Assembly: GCA_050015635.1 (NCBI GenBank)
Contig: JBEKBA010000008.1
Location: 15,091-79,090, forward strand
DNA from: Verrucomicrobiota bacterium
Lineage (GTDB): Bacteria; Verrucomicrobiota; Verrucomicrobiia; Limisphaerales; UBA11358
Length of the DNA: 64,000 bases
Direction: 5' to 3'
Shown: positions 15,487 to 23,330 of the stretch, piece after piece
Numbering within the stretch: the stretch's first letter is position 1
Layout: each line of letters opens with the position of its first letter
Notes under the pieces: model-generated
The model's database searches: none
The model's input: only the letters and a program-made list of their open reading frames with translations
Told to the model about the DNA's origin: nothing
Translations under genes and position numbers: made by a program

Positions 15487-16942
15487 ATGAAACGACCGCA
15501 GTTGGTTTCCGCCGGTTCCTTGAACCGGATGATTCAGGCCGCCGAGGAGTGCTGCATGCGCGGTGACTTTCAACAAGCCATCGAAATTTTCGAACGGGCC
15601 AGCCGGCTTGATCCAGCCAACTGGCGGCTCCGGATTCAGTTGGGGCGCGCTCACGGTTATAATTTTGATTACGCGGCAGCCGAACGCTGCTTTGAACAGG
15701 GGGTTCGCATTGCACCGCATAAAGCGGAGGCGCTGGCATCTGCCGGGCGGCTCTCCATTGATTTCGTACGTCATCAAATGGCCGAAGATTATTTCCGGCG
15801 CGCCCTGGAACAAAAAGACGCCACGGCGGACACCGTCGCCCGGCTGGCGGAGCATTACGAACGCCTGCACCGCGCGGAGGAAGCCGTCGCCATGGCCGAA
15901 CGCGCCCTGCAACTGGACAACGCCTGCCCTTTGGCCCGGCTCACCCGGGCAAAACTGCACCGGCAGGCGGGGCGACTGGCCGAAGCTGAACAAGTCTTGC
16001 GCCCCATCCTGACGGCAGCGGATCGCGAGTTGCGAGTCCGGGGCTTCTATGAACTGGGTGGGATTTACGACCGTCAAGGGCGTTATGACGAAGCCATGAC
16101 CGCATTCTTTGATGCCAAGGCGCTGCTGCTTCCCGACGCGCCGCCGTTGCTCGCCCAATTGCAATCCATTATCAGCTACTTGAAGGAGATGGAAAATGGC
16201 GTCTCGGCGGAACTGTTGCAGCGTTGGTTCGATTTTGGCAGGGAACTGCAACCACCTCATCGTCTGGCTTTTCTGGGCGGCCATGCCCGTTCCGGGACGA
16301 CCCTGCTGGAACAGGTTTTAGATTCACATCCGGACATTGCCTCGGCGGAAGAAACCAGTATTTTTTACAACCAAGCCCAGGTTCTTCTCACGCGCGGCTT
16401 GCCGCAAGGCACGCCCATGGTGGCGGCGCTCGACAGCGCGCCCGTCGAGTCGTTGCGGCAGAGCCTTGATTATTGCCTTTGTCCGGTTCTTTCCGGAAAT
16501 AAAGCTTTTGGTGGCATTGCGGGATCCGCGCGATGTGGTCTTGAGTTGTTTCATGCAACCACATTGGCCCCTCGGTACAGGCAACGTGACCTTTCTGAAT
16601 CTTGAAGCCACAGTCAGAACCTACGCCCGGGTGATGGGGATATGGAGGACGCTAAAGCCGCTGGTTAAAAACCCGTTCCTCGAAGTGCGCTACGAGGACA
16701 TGGTGGACGATCTGGAATCCGTGGCACGACGGACGCTGGATTTTCTGGGCGTCCCGTGGGATGCGCGTGTGCTCGCCTTTGACGAACATGCGCGGCAAAA
16801 ACTGGTGCGCTCGCCGACTTACGCCGATGTGACCCAGCCCGTCTATAAGCGCGCCCGGGGCCGTTGGCACAATTACCGGAAATATCTGGAACCGCATCTG
16901 GAAAAGCTTGAACCCCTGGTCAAGGCGTTCGGGTATGAATAG
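15487..16942 (+). pseudogene. TPR + sulfotransferase paralogue 5 (ST5), disrupted by an internal deletion/frameshift
   Basis: Two ORFs (15421-16605 and 16337-16942) together align with ST3. Between ...SLRQ and FPEIK, ST3 has 120 nt and ST5 has 31 nt, a net 89-nt loss that shifts the frame and removes the YFRS...LLIDK(N/D)P segment. Confidence 0.8.
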
Positions 16943-17437
16943 TCACGAAGCAGCGTGACGCTGCACCCAATTATAAAACAGACACGGATTGGCACGGATG
17001 AACACGGATAAAAATAAGAAGGTATTCGGGGTGGACGCGTGAAATGTAGAAGGAAGAATGATGAATGAAGAGTAGATAAAAACGGGAAGGCGGCCAATAG
17101 CGAGACGCCCGCGCTCCCCAAAAGCAGTAGAGAAATGCACCTGAACGGTGGGGGGATGGGGGATAGGGTCCAGGAAATCGGGAAAAGGAGAAATCAGGCA
17201 CGAATTACACGAAAGAAAACGAAGCATTTTAATTTAGACACGGATTACACGAATTAACACGGAAGGATTTAACCGCCAAGACGCCAAGAACGCCAAGGCA
17301 AAACGAATTGAAGTGGGACGCGGTGGAACGCATCCCTACCATGAAATCAATGCGCCTGACGGCGCCGGGGTGGGGATCACGGACGCCGCATCCATCGTCG
17401 CCAAGGCTATGACGGGACAAGGCGCGGCGTCCCTACC
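16943..17437. repeat. Mosaic repeat cluster; first ~288 nt duplicate of 8577-8864
   Basis: See 8577-9010. It continues with the G-REP GGGACGCGGTGGAACGCATCCCTACC (17315-17340) and an R2-related half-unit ending GGCGCGGCGTCCCTACC (17437). Confidence 0.85.
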
Positions 17438-17438
17438 T

Positions 17439-17816
17439 TTACGATATGATTTCAACGGCGCGATGTGAAATGCGCGAGTCAAATGTTGCCAGTCTCATCT
17501 GGTGTGCCGCGGCCAATTCGGCAAGATAAAAATCGGTCACCTGTTCCGAGTTGTGTGCGGAACTTTTCAAAGCATTCAGGTCATCCGGCAGAAAAAGAGA
17601 TTTGTAGCGGGAAATAAAATCACTCAATGCCTCCCGCGCGACCGGCATGGGAACACCGTAAATTTTGGGATGGGTGACAATTCTCAAGAAGCCGGTTTCA
17701 CAAAGCGGACAAGTGGCCAATGATTTTCCAGCCAGCCATTTATCAGCGGCGGCATATTGTGTATGCGAATCCAAAATCGCCGCAATCAGAAAATTTACGT
17801 CGAGAAGGTATCTCAT
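17439..17816 (-). CDS. vapC: PIN-domain toxin (VapC-like)
   Basis: MRYLLDVNFLIAAILDSH... is the PIN N-terminal acidic motif (LLDxN). 125 aa, with a 4-nt overlap with the upstream antitoxin ORF. Confidence 0.8.
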   Translation of the reverse strand: MRYLLDVNFLIAAILDSHTQYAAADKWLAGKSLATCPLCETGFLRIVTHPKIYGVPMPVAREALSDFISRYKSLFLPDDLNALKSSAHNSEQVTDFYLAELAAAHQMRLATFDSRISHRAVEIIS

Positions 17817-18070
17817 GGCAGGCCGGCCAGAGCCGCACGAACCTGCTCCGTTGTGACCGCCGGGCCGCCGGTAAGAATGGAATGCTTCCCTCTGCGTCTT
17901 AACAGACGAATTTGATGCCGGTGCGGTTTTGGCTTTTCAAGGCGCACCAGGATCAGCCGGCCATCGCCATCCGGTTCAACGGAGACAACGTCGCCTGTGT
18001 CAATATGAGCCTGTTTGCGGGCCTTGGCCGGAATGACCATCTGGCCGCGACCATAAATTGTCGCATGCAT
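17813..18070 (-). CDS. vapB: AbrB/SpoVT-type antitoxin (VapB-like)
   Basis: MHATIYGRGQMVIPAKARKQAHIDTGDVVSVE... is the AbrB/MazE-like looped-hinge motif. ATG at 18070 is preferred. Confidence 0.75.
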   Translation of the reverse strand: MHATIYGRGQMVIPAKARKQAHIDTGDVVSVEPDGDGRLILVRLEKPKPHRHQIRLLRRRGKHSILTGGPAVTTEQVRAALAGLP

Positions 18071-18148
18071 GGGCCAAACATAACGCAAGCATTGCTTACA
18101 TACAACAAAAGAATTGATGCCGCGCCTATGGCGCTGAGAAAGAAGTTT

Positions 18149-18212
18149 GGGACGCGGTGGAACGCATCCCTACCATGATAAAATTTGGTAGGGACATCGC
18201 GCTGCGATGTCC
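18149..18212. repeat. REP doublet (inverted pair of G-REP hairpins)
   Basis: GGGACGCGGTGGAACGCATCCCTACC - atgataaaattt - GGTAGGGACATCGCGCTGCGATGTCC. The second hairpin has a different but fully self-complementary stem (GGACATCGC/GCGATGTCC). Confidence 0.85.
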
Positions 18213-18242
18213 GGATGCCGCATTTTGAGAAGGGCAGCGGGA

Positions 18243-18650
18243 TTAAAGCAGACCGCGATGAATCAATTCATCGGCCAGCATTTTCGGCGAAACAATCTTC
18301 ACACCTTGAACTGTTTTGCCAAAATACACACCAAAGTCCTGCTGATCACCGGTGAGCAGATGGGTTGCGCCTCCGGCAACGGCCCCGCCCAGAATCGGAA
18401 CATCCTTCAACGGCAATTCCACTTTCAAATCAGTAACGAGGGCGGGAACCCATTCACATTTTCCGATCAAAGAATCCAGATGGCGCAATGCCGCGGGGAA
18501 TTTTACCTCAAGATTCCGGCGCGCCTCCTCGACGGCGTAGGCACTGGTGATGCACCCGCCATGTTTGAACAACACCTTTAAAAAGGCGCGCATCCGGCTT
18601 TGCAGTGGCGCGCCGGAAAAGAGAATGTTCGCATCCAGAAACACCCTCAT
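18243..18650 (-). CDS. PIN-domain protein (toxin of a second PIN/AbrB pair)
   Basis: MRVFLDANILFSG...HLLTGDQQDFG is PIN-like (FLDANIL start and a conserved late acidic residue). It overlaps the upstream antitoxin ORF by 4 nt. Confidence 0.7.
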   Translation of the reverse strand: MRVFLDANILFSGAPLQSRMRAFLKVLFKHGGCITSAYAVEEARRNLEVKFPAALRHLDSLIGKCEWVPALVTDLKVELPLKDVPILGGAVAGGATHLLTGDQQDFGVYFGKTVQGVKIVSPKMLADELIHRGLL

Positions 18651-18877
18651 TTCTTGAACTTCAAGCGGGACAACGCCTCGTCGTTATTGCGGTTGAATTC
18701 GGCCAGCCGCTTTTCGGTGTAGATTTCCAATGGAAAAGTGACACCCGAACGCAACAGGATGCCTTCGCTAGTTTCCTCGGCGACAACCTGCCCGGCGCTT
18801 TTGAGACCAAGCCTTTGCCGCAATAATTTGGGAAGCGTGAGCGTTCCCCGTTCATTGACGTTGATGACCTTTGTCAT
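18647..18877 (-). CDS. AbrB/SpoVT-type antitoxin
   Basis: MTKVINVNERGTLTLPKLLRQRLGLKSAGQVV... is an AbrB-like motif (G.lt.Pk..R..lgl..G). 76 aa, directly upstream of the PIN gene. Confidence 0.7.
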   Translation of the reverse strand: MTKVINVNERGTLTLPKLLRQRLGLKSAGQVVAEETSEGILLRSGVTFPLEIYTEKRLAEFNRNNDEALSRLKFKK

Positions 18878-18912
18878 ACTTTCAGTATTTCACACTTTCA
18901 GCTTTAATGCAA

Positions 18913-19737
18913 GTGGCGGATGCGGGGAAGAAGAAAGTTTGGGACGCGGTGGAAGTCCTTGCGGACGGCCACCAGTCCCTACCGTGACAATCTGGTAAGG
19001 ACGACTTCCACGTCGTCCCTGACTTGATTAAGAAGATAAATGGGACGCGGTGGAAGGACGACGGCCACCAGTCTCTACCATGTCGTCCCCACCGACAATT
19101 CGTGAATCATTCCTTGATACGGCCAGTCTTCCGGGCGGGTAACGAGTTTTTTGCGCACCGGATTCTCCCGGACATACAGCCACTTTGCCATGTATTGACG
19201 GGCATCACGCAGACGATGGTGAAAGCCCGACCGCTGCCATGCCCATGGTTGATTCACATGTCGGCGGTTGAACCGGCTCTTCCAATACGCCACCCATGTT
19301 TCAATGGTGAAGGCCAGATCGCGCGGCGCGCAAAACACATGCAAATGATCCGGCATCAACACATATTGGCCAACCAACCACGCATCCGCCGCCCGCCAGA
19401 TTTCCTTGAGTGATTCGTGAACCAATGGTTGCGCCAGCCATGGAATTCGATCTTTTGTGTTCACCGTCAACAAGATAATATTCGGGCCGGAGAGGGAAAT
19501 TTTTACGCCGCGGGAGGGAGTCTTGCGACCTGGAATCCGGTCAGGTGAAAAACGTTCAACCATGATCAAATTTATTAAACGTGGCGGATGCGAGGAAGAA
19601 GAAAGTTTGGGACGCGGTGGAAGTCCTTGCGGACGGGCAGCGTGACGCTGCACCCGCACCTTGCGGTGGGCCACCAACGGACGCCGCATCCATCGTCGCC
19701 AAGGCTATGACGGGACAAGGCGCGGCATCCCTAACCT
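18913..19737 (-). mobile_element. RAYT unit: HUH/Y1 transposase gene bracketed by REP-containing direct repeats
   Basis: 56-nt direct repeats at 18913-18968 and 19581-19636 (55/56 identical) flank CDS 19075-19563. Both flanks carry G-REP hairpins and related modules. Confidence 0.65.
19075..19563 (-). CDS. REP-associated tyrosine transposase (RAYT) / IS200-like HUH Y1 transposase
   Basis: HUH motif in YVLMPDHLHVFCAP. Tyr motif in AKWLYVRENPVRKKLV. ATG at 19563 is preferred, because the ORF-track extension to 19689 runs through repeat sequence. Confidence 0.8.
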   Translation of the reverse strand: MVERFSPDRIPGRKTPSRGVKISLSGPNIILLTVNTKDRIPWLAQPLVHESLKEIWRAADAWLVGQYVLMPDHLHVFCAPRDLAFTIETWVAYWKSRFNRRHVNQPWAWQRSGFHHRLRDARQYMAKWLYVRENPVRKKLVTRPEDWPYQGMIHELSVGTTW

Positions 19738-19759
19738 GGAACGGTACCTTACACCAAAG

Positions 19760-19790
19760 CAAAAAAAGAGCCGCTCCGAAGAGCGGCTCC
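19760..19790 (-). terminator. Intrinsic terminator of the PEP-CTERM gene
   Basis: Minus strand: GGAGCCGCTC-TTCG-GAGCGGCTC followed by TTTTTTTGC, about 30 nt after the stop at 19820. Confidence 0.8.
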
Positions 19791-19819
19791 TGTGAAAACC
19801 TAAAACCAAACCCGCAGTA

Positions 19820-20437
19820 TTACGCCTTTTTGCGGCGAGCAATCAGCAGTCCTGCCAGACCCAAGCCACCCAGCGCCAGCGTGGTAGGTTCCGGCACAGC
19901 TAAAGCAACCGTGAACCCTGTAAGCGGTATTGCAACTTGCCCATTATCACTAAACATATCTCCCTCCAATTGCAAGTTAATGGAAGTGCCAAGAGAATTA
20001 AACTTAACCACTCCTGAAGTTCCAGTTATAGTGTCAGCAGCATGACCGCTTACTGTACTGGTATTAAAGGCATAAACCTCGAAATACGCAGGTGCTGTTC
20101 CAGGGTTCGCCGGATAAGTCGAAACTGTAACCGGGGTGGATACAAAAAGTCCTGCCCCATCCGCTGTGTCACCAAGAAAGCTCCCATAAAACGCAACCGG
20201 GGTTGTTCCGGCCACCGCATTAAATGTTCCCGCCGTTCCCGTGGAGGAATACAAAAGTTCGGCACTAAAATCACTATCCACTGCCAAACCATTATCCGCT
20301 CCCAAGCCCGAAATGGTCACCGGAGCCGTACTGCTACCATTGTAGTTAACAAAAACCAGATTGCCCTGGGCACTCGCCTTGTTTACAGCAGCCATGGCTG
20401 CCACGCCTATAATTGATGCTATGATTGTTCTTTTCAT
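19820..20437 (-). CDS. PEP-CTERM sorting-domain secreted protein
   Basis: Signal peptide MKRTIIASIIGVAAMAAVNKASA. C-terminus VPEPTTLALGGLGLAGLLIARRKKA is PEP-CTERM (VPEP + TM + basic tail). Confidence 0.85.
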   Translation of the reverse strand: MKRTIIASIIGVAAMAAVNKASAQGNLVFVNYNGSSTAPVTISGLGADNGLAVDSDFSAELLYSSTGTAGTFNAVAGTTPVAFYGSFLGDTADGAGLFVSTPVTVSTYPANPGTAPAYFEVYAFNTSTVSGHAADTITGTSGVVKFNSLGTSINLQLEGDMFSDNGQVAIPLTGFTVALAVPEPTTLALGGLGLAGLLIARRKKA

Positions 20438-20481
20438 GTTATGTTTTGTTTTTTAGGTTTTCAGATTTTCTACACTAAATT

Positions 20482-21180
20482 TTATGGGGCTGTATCTATT
20501 TGCTGCCAATTTGTTCCCGCTCCGGGGTTCACAAAGAAGCCTTCTCCCGGGGTAAAGGTCGGATTACCCGTCCAAAGCCCGGCACCAATGGTACTCCGTT
20601 TTGCTGCCTGCACAAAGCCAGTTCCAGGAACCCAAGTTTCAACAATGGTTCCCTTAGGCAGCGAACTTCCCAAATTTAACACGCCCGGACCTTGGTCAGC
20701 GCCGTTGGTCAGAGTGCCACTGACGGGATACGGGCTACCAATTAATTGATACAGTGAACCAGTCAGAGCCATGGTATTGGTGCCAATAGGTGCGGGAATC
20801 ACATTTCCAACAAAAGTATTTGTCCAAGGTGACGGCGTCTGAATCATGAATCCTACTCCCGGCGGAATAAAGGTGGTGGCGGCGTTGGCAGTCCAAGCAC
20901 CAGCTCCAATTGTGCTTCTTTTAACATCAATGCTGAAACCGCTGGCAGTAAATAGTTCAACCTGGCCTCCCTTAGGAAAATTGGTTGGTCCCAAAACATT
21001 GGTGATGTTATCAACCCCGTCCAAATCCAACGGATTGGCAGCGCACACCCAGCCCGGGGTGCCTGGCGAAATGACCTGAACATAACCGACAATATTTTGT
21101 GAATAGACGTTCTGCGCCTGTGAAGAAGCAATTCCGGCAGCAAGAGCACCCGCTGCAAGAAGTAGTGTTTTTGTTCTCAT
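20482..21180 (-). CDS. Secreted hypothetical protein with an internal two-fold repeat
   Basis: Signal peptide MRTKTLLLAAGALAAGIASSQA. Two related halves each end in ...KRSTIGAGAWT.N...PPGVGFMIQ and ...KRSTIGAGLWTGN...TPGEGFFVN. Confidence 0.6.
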   Translation of the reverse strand: MRTKTLLLAAGALAAGIASSQAQNVYSQNIVGYVQVISPGTPGWVCAANPLDLDGVDNITNVLGPTNFPKGGQVELFTASGFSIDVKRSTIGAGAWTANAATTFIPPGVGFMIQTPSPWTNTFVGNVIPAPIGTNTMALTGSLYQLIGSPYPVSGTLTNGADQGPGVLNLGSSLPKGTIVETWVPGTGFVQAAKRSTIGAGLWTGNPTFTPGEGFFVNPGAGTNWQQIDTAP

Positions 21181-21423
21181 ATTTTTAGTTTGTTGTTACC
21201 GAGTGTACCGTGTGCAATGTGAATATCTCAAATTACCAGCCAACTGTCAACATTTTTTTGAACGTTTTTGAGGCAATCTGAATCGGTCAAAAGGCCTTAT
21301 TTCAAAGGGTTTTCTGCAATTCATGGCTGAAGGGGTCAAATGTTTCTCAATGTTAACGCACTTTTTTGGATGATTTTCAAAGCCATTTAGAGCATTTCCA
21401 TCAATTCTGTAGCGTGCGCCTGC

Positions 21424-21516
21424 GATCCTTGCGGATGGCCACCACTTGCGGACGGCCAATGCGCCTGACGGCGCGGGGATGGGGAAAAAGCAAAATAGAC
21501 GCAGATTAACATGGAG
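21424..21516. repeat. Mosaic repeat modules upstream of the second Y1 transposase gene
   Basis: gatCCTTGCGGATGGCCACCACTTGCGGACGGCCAATGCGCCTGACGGCGCGGGGATGGGGaaaaagcaaaatAGACGCAGATTAACATGGA. Confidence 0.8.
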
Positions 21517-21540
21517 GAAACGCGTCTTTTGGAAGCTTCG

Positions 21541-22242
21541 TCAGGAGCGACATCTTTGTAGAAACCAGAATAAAAAGATTTCCCAGCTCCCTCAGGAGCG
21601 GCATCTTCCGCGCATGGCCAACACCTACACGCAAATTTACATTCACGTCGTGTTTGCCGTTGAAGGCAGACAGAATCTCATCAAGCCGGCACACAACGAC
21701 GAATTGCAAAAATACATTACCGGCATCATTACGGGCCAGAAACAAAAATTGATTGCCGTAAACAACATGCCGGATCATCTGCATTTGCTCGCCGGTTTGA
21801 GGCCGGATTCCCCGCTCTCGGATTTGGTGCGCGATGTGAAGGCGGGCTCTTCAAAATTTATCAACGAAAAACGCTGGGTTGCCGGAAGATTTTCGTGGCA
21901 GGAAGGATTCGGGGCGTTTTCACATTCGCGTTCGCAACTTGGCACGGTCATTCGTTATATTGAGAATCAGCAAAGGCATCATGCGAAGAAATCGTTCCGC
22001 GAGGAATACATTGAATTGTTGGAGAAGTTCGACGTGGATTACGACCGGCGATACATTTTCAAAACGGATGATAAATAATGTTTGTTGTTGAAAATATGGA
22101 TTCCCAAGCGCCGTCAGGAGCGGCATCTGCCGTTCGCAAATCCATTTGAATTCCGGCTTGAATCATTTTTAAATTATGCCGCCCCTACGGGGCTTGATCA
22201 TTTTGCGGATGACGCACTACAAAGATACCGCGCCTACGGCGC
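21541..22242 (+). mobile_element. IS200/RAYT-like unit: Y1 transposase gene bracketed by TCAGGAGCG(A/G)CATCT repeats and TAC-loop hairpins
   Basis: 15-mers at 21541-21555, 21592-21606 and 22114-22128. Hairpins GCCCC-TAC-GGGGC (22181-22193) and GCGCC-TAC-GGCGC (22230-22242) lie downstream of the CDS. Confidence 0.5.
21614..22078 (+). CDS. IS200-like / RAYT-type HUH Y1 transposase
   Basis: MANTYTQIYIHVVFAVEGRQNLI..., HUH motif NNMPDHLHLLAGL, and Tyr motif VIRYIENQQRHHAKKSF. ATG at 21614. Confidence 0.85.
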   Translation: MANTYTQIYIHVVFAVEGRQNLIKPAHNDELQKYITGIITGQKQKLIAVNNMPDHLHLLAGLRPDSPLSDLVRDVKAGSSKFINEKRWVAGRFSWQEGFGAFSHSRSQLGTVIRYIENQQRHHAKKSFREEYIELLEKFDVDYDRRYIFKTDDK

Positions 22243-22259
22243 TGAAGCGGGTGGAAGAG

Positions 22260-23312
22260 TCAATCGGCAGCCACGGAAATCAGGATTTTAAGGGAATCGG
22301 GCGTTGGCTGCGCTGCCAGGGCAACGGCAGCGGCGGTTTCAGCCAGCGGAAAATGGTGGGTGATTAAATCGCGCACGTCGAACCGGCGGGAAAAGACGAG
22401 GCGGGCGACTTCGGCCTGAAGCGTGAAATGGGACGAATAACTGCCGAGCAGTTCCTTTTCATCCACGCAAATGACGGCGGGGTCAATGCCCAGTTGCGCG
22501 CCACGCCGGGTATGGGCAAAGAGCATCACTTGTCCGCCGCCCCGCACCAGGCGCAGGGCCTCCTGCACGGCTTCGCTGGAAGGAACGGCAATGATGGCGG
22601 CGTCAATCCGAGGTTGAGGGTTGAGGGTTGAAAGTTGAGAAGCCAAAACGGCGCGCTTCGCGCCGAATTTTTTTGCGAGGCGCAGGCGGGCTGGAAGCAG
22701 GTCCGTGGCGATGACATTCACGCCCTGCAATTTGAGCAAACGGGTGAACATCAGACCGATCGGCCCCTGCCCGGCCACCAGAACGGTGTCGCCACGCAGG
22801 AGGGTCAGGCGTTTGACGGCCTTGAGCACGGTGTCAATGGGTTCGAGCATGGCGCCCTCGGCAAAGGAATTTTTTGCCGGAATTTTCACGACGGCGGGCA
22901 GGACGAAATTCATCACGCGGACGTATTCGGCGTACCCGCCGCCCGCGGGTTCAAATCCGGCCGTGATGCCGGTGCGTTTGTATTGCGGGCATTGGGCAAA
23001 GGCGCGGTGGCGGCAGAAATGGCAGTGGAGGCAGGGAGCGTGATGGTGGAGCGCCACGCGGTCGCCCGGTTTGAAGCCGCGCACGCGCGCGCCGGTTTTG
23101 ACGATGGTTCCGGCGGTTTCGTGGCCAAAGATGCGCGGCGGGGGCACGGTGCCGTATTGGATTTTTTTGATGTCGGTCGGGCAGACGCCGCAAACGGCGA
23201 CGCGCACGAGCAATTCGCCCGCGCCGATGCGCGGGACGGGCACGGTTTCGAGGCGCAAGTCATTCACGCCGCGATAAACGACGGCGCGCATGGTTTTGGG
23301 GATGTCGAACAC
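22260..23312 (-). CDS. Zinc-dependent alcohol/polyol dehydrogenase (MDR superfamily)
   Basis: Catalytic Zn motif VCGVCPTDIK...GHETAGTIV, structural Zn cysteines CLHCHFCRHRAFAQC, and Rossmann motif VLVAGQGPIGL. Confidence 0.85.
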   Translation of the reverse strand: MFDIPKTMRAVVYRGVNDLRLETVPVPRIGAGELLVRVAVCGVCPTDIKKIQYGTVPPPRIFGHETAGTIVKTGARVRGFKPGDRVALHHHAPCLHCHFCRHRAFAQCPQYKRTGITAGFEPAGGGYAEYVRVMNFVLPAVVKIPAKNSFAEGAMLEPIDTVLKAVKRLTLLRGDTVLVAGQGPIGLMFTRLLKLQGVNVIATDLLPARLRLAKKFGAKRAVLASQLSTLNPQPRIDAAIIAVPSSEAVQEALRLVRGGGQVMLFAHTRRGAQLGIDPAVICVDEKELLGSYSSHFTLQAEVARLVFSRRFDVRDLITHHFPLAETAAAVALAAQPTPDSLKILISVAAD

Positions 23313-23330
23313 GGGGAAATTCTAACCATA

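Noticed and set aside
19564-19689. Longer 204-aa version of the RAYT ORF (start at 19689).
   Set aside because: The extra 42 codons (…HAARPQGLPPRPKLSSSSHPP…) are the translation of the flanking repeat, with the same string family recurring in other spacers. ATG at 19563 gives a normal-length Y1 transposase.
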